Origin: Bacteroidota bacterium
GTDB lineage: Bacteria > Bacteroidota > Ignavibacteria > Kryptoniales > JAKASW01
Direction of reading: 5' to 3'
DNA length: 64,000 nt
Assembly: GCA_021789975.1 (NCBI GenBank)
Contig: JAJYIT010000020.1
Location: 1,048-65,047, forward strand
A program made the position numbers and the translations under genes. Positions 1 through 10,588 of the stretch are shown one piece after another (positions within the stretch are counted from its first letter, which is position 1; the number at the start of each line of letters is the position of its first letter). Below the pieces are notes generated by a model, which saw only the letters and a program-made list of their open reading frames with translations, was not told the DNA's origin and did no database searches.

Positions 1-329
1 GTCCCACATACAAGGTGAAAAGTTACACCAATTTTGGAATCTACTTGAAATCTCAACATGACTCGATTATACTTTAAAACTCCAATTGATGGAGGGCGCT
101 ATTGTGTGCTTCACGAGTTACCACTCGCGAGGCCGTTATGGCAGTCATCGATTATTGGTACAGCAGAAGGTATGATAGGGACAACGCCAATCTATTCGGA
201 TTGGCACGCGAAGGGTGTGTCTTACTCCCGTTCGTCCTATGGCGAAGAGGGAGGGGGGAAGGTGTTGTCCGTTCGTCTGACTTCCAATGAAACGAATTCT
301 GCCGCGTCAATGTGTGCAAGAGAGGAAGT

Positions 330-3300
330 ATGATGGCAGATAGCTCCCAGGATCAACCGACACTATCCGATGAAAACCTATATCGTTCACTATTCGAGAC
401 GAATCCACTACCTATGTGGATTTATGATCTCGATACTCTGCATTTCCTTGCTGTTAACGATTCTGCGATCCGTCGATATGGTTACACTCGATCTGATTTC
501 CTTAGTATGACTATACATGATCTTCGCCCTCGAGATGAAGTAGAGAAATCTGCACGAGGAAGTCAAGGTGTGGTCTCGATGCGAGAATGGCGCGGCTGGC
601 GCCACCGTCTAAAGAACGGGGAAGTGATAGAGGTGGAAATAACTTCTCACGGTCTGGGCTTCGGCGGACATAGGGCAGCGTTAGTAATCATACGTGAGTT
701 AACGGATAAAGGCAAAACGGGAGAACCGAACCCGGGTCGCGAAGAGGTGTTTCAAAGGATGTTCGAAGAGACCACTCTTGCCATGATCATTTACGATAAG
801 GAGTCAGGCAGAATCATCGACGCCAATCCGTCTGCTGCACTCTTCTATGGTTACGAACGTGACATATTACGAAACATGCGGATGCAAGATCTTTCCTGCG
901 GTTCGCCCGAAGAATTTGCGACGAAGATGGCTGAGGCACTTTCAGGGAGCGCAAAAAATAAAGTCACGATTTCACAGAAGTTGTCGGGTGGACTCACGCG
1001 TGAAGTTGAAATGCAAGTTTCGTCTATTGTGAGCGGCGGAAGGGACTTGGTTTATTCTATTGTCAATGAAATTGCCGCAGCTCCAGTTCATGCCACGAGC
1101 ACATCTGAGCAGGAGCTCAAGTCCCGGAAGATGCTTGAGATGCTGGCCGATGGGTATTACCGGAGCTCGCCAGAGGGCGCTTTCCTCGAAGCGAACGAGG
1201 CATTCGCGAAGATGCTGGGTTATTCACCGAAAGAGTTGACATCCGAAGCAGGGGTCAATGCACTTTACTTTGAAGCCCCGAAACCTCTGATGGAAGAGGA
1301 AGTTTCCGAATTTATCTCGCGTCCGGAAGTCTACCGCCTCAAGGGGAAAGACGGAAATGAAGTCTGGCTCGAGGATTACGCCCGCTACGTAAGAAATGGG
1401 GAAGGAAAGATTATATACCGCGAGGGATACTGCCGAGACATCACACACAAGAAACAGACTCAGCAGCCTCTCAACAGGTACGAGCTATTCTTCAGAGACT
1501 CATCTGACATTATACTTTTCATCCGTCAGGCCGACCGTCTAATTGTCGAAGCAAACCGTGCGGCAGAGCTGGCGCACGGATTTTCTCACGAAGAACTCCT
1601 CGAAAAGACAATCTATGATCTGCGTGCTCCAGAAACCTGGGGGTCAGTGAGAAACCAGATGGACACGACTGACGCGAGCGGAATAATATTCGAGACTGTT
1701 CATCGACGCAAGGACGGTTCACCCTTTCCTGTAGAAGTTCGACTTCAGGCTCTGCTCGCAGGCGGCGACGGTATTGTCGTTATAATTGCGAGAGATTGCA
1801 CAGAGCGCAAGCAGGCGGAATCGGCGCTCCGGCAGAATGAAGAGAAGTACAAATCAATATTTGAGAGCTCGCCGCTCGGCATCTTGCACTTCGATCGGAA
1901 TGGAGTCGTTACCGAATGCAACGAGAGTCTCGCGTCCATAATGGGGACTTCCAGAGAATCCATCTTGGGACTCAAGCTTCTTGAGCTGCCGAGCCAGGAT
2001 CTTGCCGACGGAATTCGAAATGTACTTGAACGAAAGGTGCGTGTATACGAGGGTGAATATCGCTCTCGCACCGATGCCAAGAATATCAGAGTCAGGACGT
2101 TTTTCTCCGCCCTTCCTACTTCCACTGGACAGGTTACCGAGGGAATCGGAATATTTGAGGACATAACGTCAAGCGAGAAAAATGAAAAGGAGCTGCGCGA
2201 AAGTGAGCTCCGCTATCGTCTCTCTTATGAAGCTTCCCCTGTGCCTTTTGTGATTCTGGACCCCCAATGGACTATAACGGAAGCGAACCCTGGCTTTGCA
2301 ACCTTACTCGGTTATTCGAAGGAGGAATTGGTCGGGAAGCCATTTCCAGAGTTTCTTTCCCCGGACTATGCTTTAGTATTCGGAGAGAAGATTCAACAAG
2401 TCCGGTCATCGGGGTATGTCCGCGATCTGGAGATCGAAGTAATGCACCAGAACGGCAGGAGAATCAGCGTCCTTGTGGAGGCAAAGGCCGGGTTAGATCA
2501 CCAGGGGAATTTCCAGCAGACTCAGCTTGTCCTATTCGATACAACCGAGCGCAAACATGCCGATGCTGCACTCAGAGAAAGCGAACAAAAATTCAGGCTC
2601 CTCGCCGAGTCGTCGTCTGCTGCCATCTTCATGTATCAGAATAACAAGGTGGGATATGTGAATCGCGCATGCAGCGAGATGACCGGATTCCCTGATGACG
2701 AGCTATTGCAAATGGATTTTTGGGAAGTAGTTCACCCCGATTTTAGAGAACTGGCTAAGGAACTTGGTGCCGCCCGGCAGCGGGGCGAATCGGTCCCCAG
2801 TCATTTTGAAGTCAAGATACTTACAAAGTCTGGCGACTCGCGATGGGTCGACTACTCCGCATCCACGACTATGTATCGCGGGGAATTCGCGGTGTTCGGA
2901 ACTGCATACGACATAACCGAACGTAAGAACGCTAAGAGAAAGCTTGAAGAGAGCGAGGAACGCCACCGACTACTAGTGGATAAGTCTCCAGATGCGATAA
3001 TGGTTTTGACAGACGGAAAGCTTGTCTACCTCAACCCTGCCGCTCTCGAATTGCTGCGTGCAGATTTCTCAGAGATGCTCCTTGGCAAGTCGATGATCGA
3101 AATTGTTCACCCCGATTCGAGGTCCAAAGTAACAAACGGTATCAACGAGATCAGAAAGACTCTACGTCCGATGGAGCTTCATAATGAGAAGTTCATTCGC
3201 CTTGACGGATCTGGCTTTGACGTGGACATCGTGAGTGCCCCGATAACCTATCTCGGGAAGCCCTCCATCCAGGTGGTTGCGCGAGACATTACGAATCGAC

Positions 3301-4826
3301 GTTTTGTTCAGGAGCAGTTAAGACTCCAGAGCGCAGCTCTAAATACCGCGGCAAATGCTATTGTGGTCACGGACCGGAATGGGACTATAGTCTGGGCGAA
3401 CCCCGCATTCGAGTCTCTTACCGGGTACTCAACTTCCGAGGCAATCGGCAAAGAAGTGAGCGAACTCATAAAGTCCGGCAAACACGATAAGAAGTTTTAC
3501 AAGTATCTCTGGGATACCATACTCTCAGGCAAGATCTGGCACGGCGAGCTGGTTAATCGCCGGAAGGATGGTACAACTTACACGGAAGAAATGACAATAG
3601 CTCCAGTGCAAGATGAGAAAGGGACTATCTCGCATTTTGTGGCCGTGAAGCAGGACATCACGATGCGGAAATCCTTGGAGGATCAGCTTCTCCAGGCGCA
3701 GAAACTCGAGGGGATAGGCCAACTTGCCGGCGGCGTGGCGCACGACTATAACAACATACTTGGGGTAATCCTGGGTTATGCGGAGCTGCTGAGGCGGAAG
3801 TTGAACGATCAGGATCCGGCTCGCATGCCTGTCGAAGCCATTTTAACCGCGACCAAGCGCGGGGCCGACCTGACCAAGCAACTCCTCGCCTTTGCGCAAA
3901 AGGGTGCCATCTCGCCGAAAGTCGTCGATGTCAATTCAGCCATTGACGGCGTGAGAGGTATGCTCCACAGGATTGTCGGCGAAAACCTGAAGCTGGATTT
4001 CTTACCCGGCAGAGATGTCTGGAACGTCAAGGTCGATCCTACGCAGCTCGATCAAATGCTGGTCAACCTGGCCACGAATGCAAGAGATGCCATCACTGGC
4101 GGGACCGGAAACATAACCATCACTACGTCGAACGTTGTGGCCGATGAAACATTTGTACACAACAATATCGGCTTTGTTCCGGGGGAATACGTTTTGATCA
4201 CTTTTGCCGATACGGGTCAGGGCATGGATGCCGCGATGCTGAAGAAGATATTTGAGCCGTTCTTCACGACTAAGCCAAAGGGCGTATCTGCCGGACTCGG
4301 ACTCGCGACGGTTTACGGAATTGTAAAACGCGCTAACGGCGTAATCACAGTTACAAGCGCGCCTGATGCGGGTACCACATTCTATGTCTATTTGCCCCGG
4401 CATTCCGAGCCGGCTTCCAAGCCTGTCGAACAGTTCGTCTCAGACGAGTCGCTAAAAGGGAATGCTACCGTCCTGCTGGTGGAAGACCAGGCCGACCTGC
4501 TCCAGCTTGTCAAGACCAGCCTGGAAGAATACGGGTACAAGGTAATGACCGCTCTCGGTCCGGAAGAGGCATTGACATTCTGTGAAGCTTACGGCGACAA
4601 GATCCATTTGCTCCTGACCGACGTGATAATGCCTGGAATGAGCGGTAAGGAACTTGGCGAAAAGATTTCAAAGCTAAGACCTGGTATCAAGACTATCTTC
4701 ATGTCGGGCTACACGGAAAACGTTTTAGCGCCGGAAGGTGTTTTGGGCGAGGGAGTCGAATTCCTTCAGAAGCCCTTCACTGCCTATGAACTCGCAAAGA
4801 AAATTCACAAGCTTCTGAATCAGTAA
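330..4826 (+). CDS. Hybrid sensor histidine kinase / response regulator with about nine tandem PAS domains
   Basis: ORF 312..4826 (1504 aa). The ATG at 330, preceded by GAGGAAG, is the likelier start. Repeating PAS units are separated by ...RD(I/C)TERK...-type linkers. H-box GGVAHDYNNIL; ATPase boxes LVNLATNARDA, FADTGQGM, GLGLATVYG. C-terminal receiver VLLVEDQ...LLLTDVIMPGMSG...QKPF. Confidence 0.9.
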   Translation: MMADSSQDQPTLSDENLYRSLFETNPLPMWIYDLDTLHFLAVNDSAIRRYGYTRSDFLSMTIHDLRPRDEVEKSARGSQGVVSMREWRGWRHRLKNGEVIEVEITSHGLGFGGHRAALVIIRELTDKGKTGEPNPGREEVFQRMFEETTLAMIIYDKESGRIIDANPSAALFYGYERDILRNMRMQDLSCGSPEEFATKMAEALSGSAKNKVTISQKLSGGLTREVEMQVSSIVSGGRDLVYSIVNEIAAAPVHATSTSEQELKSRKMLEMLADGYYRSSPEGAFLEANEAFAKMLGYSPKELTSEAGVNALYFEAPKPLMEEEVSEFISRPEVYRLKGKDGNEVWLEDYARYVRNGEGKIIYREGYCRDITHKKQTQQPLNRYELFFRDSSDIILFIRQADRLIVEANRAAELAHGFSHEELLEKTIYDLRAPETWGSVRNQMDTTDASGIIFETVHRRKDGSPFPVEVRLQALLAGGDGIVVIIARDCTERKQAESALRQNEEKYKSIFESSPLGILHFDRNGVVTECNESLASIMGTSRESILGLKLLELPSQDLADGIRNVLERKVRVYEGEYRSRTDAKNIRVRTFFSALPTSTGQVTEGIGIFEDITSSEKNEKELRESELRYRLSYEASPVPFVILDPQWTITEANPGFATLLGYSKEELVGKPFPEFLSPDYALVFGEKIQQVRSSGYVRDLEIEVMHQNGRRISVLVEAKAGLDHQGNFQQTQLVLFDTTERKHADAALRESEQKFRLLAESSSAAIFMYQNNKVGYVNRACSEMTGFPDDELLQMDFWEVVHPDFRELAKELGAARQRGESVPSHFEVKILTKSGDSRWVDYSASTTMYRGEFAVFGTAYDITERKNAKRKLEESEERHRLLVDKSPDAIMVLTDGKLVYLNPAALELLRADFSEMLLGKSMIEIVHPDSRSKVTNGINEIRKTLRPMELHNEKFIRLDGSGFDVDIVSAPITYLGKPSIQVVARDITNRRFVQEQLRLQSAALNTAANAIVVTDRNGTIVWANPAFESLTGYSTSEAIGKEVSELIKSGKHDKKFYKYLWDTILSGKIWHGELVNRRKDGTTYTEEMTIAPVQDEKGTISHFVAVKQDITMRKSLEDQLLQAQKLEGIGQLAGGVAHDYNNILGVILGYAELLRRKLNDQDPARMPVEAILTATKRGADLTKQLLAFAQKGAISPKVVDVNSAIDGVRGMLHRIVGENLKLDFLPGRDVWNVKVDPTQLDQMLVNLATNARDAITGGTGNITITTSNVVADETFVHNNIGFVPGEYVLITFADTGQGMDAAMLKKIFEPFFTTKPKGVSAGLGLATVYGIVKRANGVITVTSAPDAGTTFYVYLPRHSEPASKPVEQFVSDESLKGNATVLLVEDQADLLQLVKTSLEEYGYKVMTALGPEEALTFCEAYGDKIHLLLTDVIMPGMSGKELGEKISKLRPGIKTIFMSGYTENVLAPEGVLGEGVEFLQKPFTAYELAKKIHKLLNQ

Positions 4827-5083
4827 GCTGAGTCATTAGGCCTGGCTTTTGTGACCCCTGCCGATAGCGGGGAGGGAGAGCCTGCCGGTGTTCTTGTCTC
4901 AGCCGTTCCTAGACCTTCGGCGTCCTTCCCGTTTCTGTCAGCCCTAACGTCTCCCGTCGAGCGATCTTATTCAATACACCTCGTTTCCCTTCGACGCAAC
5001 ACTCAGATGCGCTGCCAGGTGAATGGGGGAACCGCGAGAGGGTTCCCTCTGAAATCAATTTTGATTAATATTTCTCCTGGCAG

Positions 5084-6231
5084 ATGGCTCACATCCCAAG
5101 AGTAATATTGTTTATTGAAACCTCACGGGCATTCGGTCGGGGTCTCCTCTACGGTATAGCAAAGTACTCGAAATTGCATGGCCCATGGGCGTTCTACAGG
5201 GAGCCTCGGGGGCTTGAGACTCACATTCCTCGAATCAGGAATTGGGGAGCTGACGGAATCATAATGAGGGATTCGCTAATCAGCAGGCAGCTGCTGGACT
5301 TGGACCTTCCGACCATAACCGTTATCCACGGTCCGAGCAGAGCTGTAAAGTCTTCCTCGGTAATTACCAACTCGTACGCGATTTCCGTTTCAGCTGCAGA
5401 ACATCTTCTTGAAAGAGGCTTCAGGTCCTTTGCCTACTGTGGTTTCAGCGGATACTATTGGTCGGAAGAAAGGGAGAGGTTTTTTTCGAAAATCCTGAAA
5501 GACGCCGGTTACATGACCGCAGTTTATCGGCGCCCCCAGCCTAAGAAAATAGAGTCTTGGCTCAGTGAGCAACGGAGGATTGCAGCGTGGTTGAAATCCC
5601 TTCCAAAACCTCTGGGCGTGATGGCATGCAACGACGATAGGGGACAGCACGTTCTGGAGGCGTGTAAGGTAGCAGGTCTCGGGGTCCCCGAAGATGTTGC
5701 AGTGGTGGGAGTCGATAATGATTCTGTCATTTGCGACATCTGCGATCCCCCCTCACAAGCGTGGCACTCGATACCGAGAATGGCGGTTTTGCTGCCGCCG
5801 CGCTTTTGGACAGGATGATGAATGGCCAGAAAGCAGGGAATCAGGAAATTGTAGTTAATCCATCGCATGTCTACACGCGACAAACCACAGACATTACTGC
5901 GGTTGACGATCCTGAGGTAGTAAAGGCGATATGTTTCATAAGGACAAATGCCAGAGAGCGGATAAGTGTAATTGAAGTTGTCGGAAGCACTTCACTAAGC
6001 AGGCGGGGTCTCGAAACCAGGTTCGGAAGAGCGGTAGGTCGCTCCATCCATCGGGAAATAAGGAGGCGGAGAGTGGAACTGATCGAACAACTCCTTATAG
6101 AGACAAGTATGCCGATAGCTGAGATCATATCCCGATACAATTTTTCGGATGCGGAACATATAGCACGATATTTCCGCAAAGAAAAGGGAATAGGTCTACG
6201 CGAATTCCGGAGACTGCATTCGGCGCCCTGA
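5084..6231 (+). pseudogene. xylR: XylR-type regulator (sugar-binding PBP-like domain + AraC-family HTH) split by a 1-nt frameshift in a C6 run
   Basis: Two overlapping ORFs (5084..5818 and 5731..6231) lie in different frames. The N-part is a periplasmic-binding-protein-like sensor (VILFIETSRAFGRG, VMACNDDRG, VPEDVAVVGVDND). The C-part is an AraC HTH (ICFIRTNA..., IAEIISRYNFSDAEHIARYFRKEKG). One extra C in the C6 run 5747..5752 gives a contiguous ...DICDPPLTSVALDTENGGF..., matching E. coli-type XylR architecture (recalled from memory). Confidence 0.8.
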
Positions 6232-6330
6232 CTGACTTCGTTCGTGTCGAGAGTTCTTAACGCTGAACGGATCTGGCAGGACGTAAGATGGGGGCTTGCG
6301 CAATTTGGTTAATGATCGGCGTGAATGGGC

Positions 6331-6351
6331 TTTCATTTGAGCGGAATGAAA
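6331..6351. promoter_or_regulatory. Inverted repeat TTTCATT-N7-AATGAAA upstream of galM (candidate operator)
   Basis: A perfect 7-bp inverted repeat lies ~80 nt upstream of the galM start, in the xylR-galM intergenic region. No binding data. Confidence 0.2.
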
Positions 6352-6430
6352 CTTAATATTCTTCTGGTTTGGACCTGGAAATTCGTTTCTTAGACTCATT
6401 TCTCAACTGTCATCTTGAAAGGAGCAAAAG

Positions 6431-7567
6431 ATGCTATCCAAAATTTCTGTCTTTCCGGCTCTATTCTTTTGTATGGTACTCTCATCCAATGCAAATGGAA
6501 AGTCGATGAAAGGCGTCAGCGAAGCATTATTCGGAACTCTTCAAAACGGTGAGAAGATTCACGCCTACACTCTCACCAACGACAAGGAAATGAGCGCAAC
6601 CATTATTAATTATGGCGCCACAGTCGTGAGGTTGAAAGTACCGGATAAAAACGGGAAGGTTCAGGATATCCTGCTCGGGTATGATAATCCGACCGACTAT
6701 GCAAACGGTAATTCGTATTTCGGCGGACTGATCGGCCGATATGCCAACAGGATTGAAAAGGGAAGGTTCGTTCTCGATGGAAAGACCTACCAGATACCGG
6801 TCAACGATCGAGGGAATATGCTGCATGGTGGTACGATCGGCTTCAACAAGAGAATATGGAAGGCGGAAGTTGTAAAGGATGCCAAATCGCCGACCATTGA
6901 GATGTCTTACGTTAGTCCGGATGGCGAGGAAGGTTTCCCCGGAAAAGTCGTTGCTCACGTCTGGTATTCGGTGAACGATCAGGACGAACTGGTGATCAAG
7001 TACGAGGCAACCACAAGCAAGCCGACGGTTATAAACTTGACAAGTCACTGTTATTTCAATCTCTCAGGCGACCCGGCGAGTTCGATTCTCGATGAGGATG
7101 TGATGATAAACTCCGACAAGTACACGCCTACGGACAGCCTTTCGATTCCTACCGGACAAATTGAAAGCGTGAAGGGAACTCCATTCGATTTTAGAAAACC
7201 TACCGAAATCGGACTTAGAATCAACGAAGACAACATCCAGCTTAAGTATGGAAAAGGGTACGATCAAAATTGGGTGTTGAACGACTATACCGGCAAAGTG
7301 AGAGTGGCTGCGACCGTCTACGATCCGAAAAGCGGCAGATTCATGGAAGTTCTGACCGATCAACCCGGAATACAATTCTACACCGGAAACTACCTGAACA
7401 GCTCGGTCATAGGAAAGGGCGGAATACATTATCAATACCGGTGCGCGCTTTGCCTTGAAGCCCAGCATTATCCTGATTCGCCGAACCATAAGAATTTCCC
7501 GTCTACCGTCTTGAACCCTGGCCAGGTGTACCACCAAACCACCATCTACAAGTTTTCAACCAAGTAA
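6431..7567 (+). CDS. galM: Aldose 1-epimerase (mutarotase), apparently exported
   Basis: 378 aa. RBS GAAAGGAG. Family motifs GGLIGRYANRI, NMLHGG, SHCYFNL, EAQHYPDSPN. Hydrophobic N-terminus MLSKISVFPALFFCMVLSSNANG looks like a signal peptide. Confidence 0.88.
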   Translation: MLSKISVFPALFFCMVLSSNANGKSMKGVSEALFGTLQNGEKIHAYTLTNDKEMSATIINYGATVVRLKVPDKNGKVQDILLGYDNPTDYANGNSYFGGLIGRYANRIEKGRFVLDGKTYQIPVNDRGNMLHGGTIGFNKRIWKAEVVKDAKSPTIEMSYVSPDGEEGFPGKVVAHVWYSVNDQDELVIKYEATTSKPTVINLTSHCYFNLSGDPASSILDEDVMINSDKYTPTDSLSIPTGQIESVKGTPFDFRKPTEIGLRINEDNIQLKYGKGYDQNWVLNDYTGKVRVAATVYDPKSGRFMEVLTDQPGIQFYTGNYLNSSVIGKGGIHYQYRCALCLEAQHYPDSPNHKNFPSTVLNPGQVYHQTTIYKFSTK

Positions 7568-7583
7568 CCGAAGGTCTGATGGA

Positions 7584-9071
7584 ATGTTGACCATCGGGTA
7601 TGACATTGGAAGTTCGTCGATCAAAGCTTCGCTTTACGACGTAGACTCTGGCGAGCAGGTTTCGCATAGCTCACATCCGAAAGCCGAAATGCAAATCCAA
7701 TCTTCAAAACCTGGATGGGCAGAGCAGGATCCTCAATCATGGTGGGATGCGGTGAAAGTCGTCACTGCCTACTTGTTGAGAGATTCAAGCAGACCGCCGT
7801 CGGAGATTGCGGGCATAGGTATAACGTATCAAATGCACGGGCTTGTGATCGTCGATCGGGAGAATAGAGTCTTAAGGCCATCGATAATCTGGTGTGACAG
7901 CCGGGCGGTGGAAATCGGAGATAGAGCATTCAAACAGGTGGGAGAAGAGAAGTGCCTCAATTTTCTTCTTAACTCACCGGGCAACTTCACCGCTTCAAAG
8001 CTGAAATGGGTCATAGAAAACGAGAAGTCGATCTTCGACCGCACTTTCAAGTTCATGCTGCCCGGCGACTATATTGCCATGAAACTGACGGGGGAAGTCA
8101 CGACCACGGCGGAAGGCCTTTCGGAAGGCGTCCTCTGGAATTTTGTGGAGGACGGGCCTGCCGAGTTCATGATGGAGCACCTCGGTATTGGTGCCGATAT
8201 GCTCCCGGAGATTGTGCCGACCTTCGGTGATCAGGGTAAACTGTCGGAAGCTGCAGCTTCTGAGCTTGGATTGAAAAAAGGGACACCTGTCACTTACAGG
8301 GCAGGTGACCAGCCCAACAATGCTTTTTCGCTGAACGTCCTGAGATCGGGCGAAGTCGCCGCGACAGCCGGGACTTCCGGTGTGGTTTACGGCGTCAGCG
8401 ACCAGGTGAAGTTCGATAGGCAAGGCAGGGTGAATACATTTGCGCACGTCAACCACTCACATTCTGAAAAGCGACTTGGGATACTTCTTTGTATCAATGG
8501 GACGGGAATCTCGTATAACTGGATTAGGAAGATGTTCTTCGATTCTGGTCTGAGTTACGAAAAGATGAATGAGAGTTCCGAGAACGTCAGGGTCGGTTCG
8601 GATGGACTTATATTCTTGCCGTTTGGAAATGGGGCAGAGCGGATACTGGGGAACAGAAATCCCGGGGCCTCTTTTGCAGGACTCGATTTCAACAAACATA
8701 CGAGAAAACATTTGATCAGGTCTGTGATAGAAGGCGTCGGATTCTCGTTCTATTACGGAATGAATATACTAAAGGAATTGTCCGTGAACTCATCAGTCAT
8801 CCGGGCGGGGATGGCGAACATGTTTCTGAGTTCTACATTCAGAGAGACAATCTCCACTTTGAGCGGAACATGCATCCAATTGTACAATACTGACAGCGCA
8901 CTCGGTGCCGCCAGGGGCGCAGCATACGGTGCGGGATTGTATCACTCTTTCGAAGAAACTTTCAGTGGGCTCCGATGTCTGGCGACGGTGGAACCCAACC
9001 TGATGAGGGCGGATTCCTTTTCTAATGCCTTCGACAGGTGGCTTGTTGAATTACAAAAGCGACTAAAATAG
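7584..9071 (+). CDS. xylB: Xylulokinase (FGGY carbohydrate kinase)
   Basis: 495 aa. N-terminal LTIGYDIGSSSIKASLYD. Typical FGGY length, with GTSGVVYGV and GGGA-like C-terminal motifs. Sits between galM and xylA. Confidence 0.88.
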   Translation: MLTIGYDIGSSSIKASLYDVDSGEQVSHSSHPKAEMQIQSSKPGWAEQDPQSWWDAVKVVTAYLLRDSSRPPSEIAGIGITYQMHGLVIVDRENRVLRPSIIWCDSRAVEIGDRAFKQVGEEKCLNFLLNSPGNFTASKLKWVIENEKSIFDRTFKFMLPGDYIAMKLTGEVTTTAEGLSEGVLWNFVEDGPAEFMMEHLGIGADMLPEIVPTFGDQGKLSEAAASELGLKKGTPVTYRAGDQPNNAFSLNVLRSGEVAATAGTSGVVYGVSDQVKFDRQGRVNTFAHVNHSHSEKRLGILLCINGTGISYNWIRKMFFDSGLSYEKMNESSENVRVGSDGLIFLPFGNGAERILGNRNPGASFAGLDFNKHTRKHLIRSVIEGVGFSFYYGMNILKELSVNSSVIRAGMANMFLSSTFRETISTLSGTCIQLYNTDSALGAARGAAYGAGLYHSFEETFSGLRCLATVEPNLMRADSFSNAFDRWLVELQKRLK

Positions 9072-9083
9072 TCGGAGCTAAAT

Positions 9084-10418
9084 ATGAAACTAAAACTGAC
9101 AATAGGTGACAAAGAATATTTCAAGGGAATCGGGCAGATCAAATACGAGGGGAAAGAGTCGAAGAACCCGCTCGCATTCAAGTGGTATGATGCAGAAAAA
9201 GTCGTCGCGGGGAAGAAGATGGAGGATCATTTCAGGTTTGCCGTTGCGTACTGGCATTCCTTCGGTGAGAGCGGTCAGGATCCTTTTGGGCCGAGCGCCC
9301 GAGAGCTGCCCTGGTTGAAACACTCTGATCCCGTAGGTCGGGCGAAAGAGAAGATGGATGCGGCTTTTGAGTTCATAACGAAGTTGGGTGCTCCGTTCTA
9401 CTGCTTCCATGACTTCGACCTTGTCCAGGAGGGCGATACGGTCGCTGAGTCGGAGAAAAGGCTGGCCGCATCGGTAGATTACGCCAGGACGAAGCAGAAA
9501 GCATCGGGCGTAAAACTCCTTTGGGGTACGGCGAATCTGTTCTCAAACATCAGGTACATGAACGGTGCAGGCACTAATCCTGATTTCTCTGTCGTTGCGT
9601 ACGCAGGCGCGCAGCTTAAGAACGCAATCGATGCCACAATCGCACTCGGTGGAGCGAACTACGTCTTCTGGGGAGGAAGAGAAGGATATATGTCGCTTCT
9701 CAACACGAACATGAAGCGGGAACTCGACCACATGGCAATGTTTCTCCACATGGCCGCAGACTATGGCAGGAAGCAAGGATTCAAAGGAACTTACCTGATC
9801 GAACCGAAGCCGATGGAGCCGATGAAGCACCAATATGACTTCGACGCCGCCACCGTGATCGGGTTCTTGCGGCAGTATGATTTAACGAAAGATTTCAAAT
9901 TGAACATCGAGGTTAATCACGCGACGCTTGCCTCTCACACATTCCAGCATGAACTGCAGGTCGCTGCCAACTCCGGTTTTCTTGGCAGCATAGACGCGAA
10001 CCGCGGAGATTACCAGAACGGCTGGGATACAGACCAGTTCCCGACAAACATTTATGAGCTCACCGAAGCCATGATTGTCATGCTCGATGCCGGCGGGTTC
10101 AAGACCGGCGGCACGAACTTCGATGCGAAGGTGAGAAGGAACTCTACGGATCCCGAAGACATGTTCATCGCACACATATCGGGCATGGATAATTTTGCAC
10201 GCGCACTGATAGTAGCCGATCGTATTCTGAAAGAATCTGATTACACTGAGCTTAGAAAGAAGAGATATGCTTCCTTCGACTCGGGTAAGGGTGCTGACTT
10301 TGAGAAAGGCAAGTTGAAGCTGGAAGATTTACACGTTTACACGTCGAAGAATGGCGAGCCTAATAAGACAAGCGGCAAGCAGGAACTCTTCGAAGCATTG
10401 GTGGCGAATTACCTGTAA
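9084..10418 (+). CDS. xylA: Xylose isomerase
   Basis: 444 aa. Hallmarks [59 protein letters not shown] 8 nt upstream. Confidence 0.95.
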   Translation: MKLKLTIGDKEYFKGIGQIKYEGKESKNPLAFKWYDAEKVVAGKKMEDHFRFAVAYWHSFGESGQDPFGPSARELPWLKHSDPVGRAKEKMDAAFEFITKLGAPFYCFHDFDLVQEGDTVAESEKRLAASVDYARTKQKASGVKLLWGTANLFSNIRYMNGAGTNPDFSVVAYAGAQLKNAIDATIALGGANYVFWGGREGYMSLLNTNMKRELDHMAMFLHMAADYGRKQGFKGTYLIEPKPMEPMKHQYDFDAATVIGFLRQYDLTKDFKLNIEVNHATLASHTFQHELQVAANSGFLGSIDANRGDYQNGWDTDQFPTNIYELTEAMIVMLDAGGFKTGGTNFDAKVRRNSTDPEDMFIAHISGMDNFARALIVADRILKESDYTELRKKRYASFDSGKGADFEKGKLKLEDLHVYTSKNGEPNKTSGKQELFEALVANYL

Positions 10419-10430
10419 TTGAAATGAAGG

Positions 10431-10474
10431 CGACTCACCTGTGGCATCGTCGGAGAAAGTGAGTCGAAGTTTTT
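10431..10474 (+). terminator. Hairpin + T-run after xylA
   Basis: CGACTCAC (10431..10438) pairs with GTGAGTCG (10459..10466), with a 20-nt loop, followed by TTTTT at 10470..10474. Confidence 0.5.
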
Positions 10475-10588
10475 CCTCTTCCTGCTTGAAATCTCTTTCG
10501 GAACAGAGCCCTGATCCCATGTCTTTGTTGTACAATTCGGAGTTACCGGTTAAGTTTTTATCATTAACATCATTGGAAGGACGGGACT

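Noticed and set aside
58-333. 91-aa and 62-aa ORFs upstream of the histidine kinase. I also considered a structured RNA in 1..310.
   Set aside because: No RBS or motifs. I could not match the sequence to RNase P, tmRNA, SRP, 6S or common riboswitch cores by eye. Left unannotated; an Infernal/Rfam scan would settle it.
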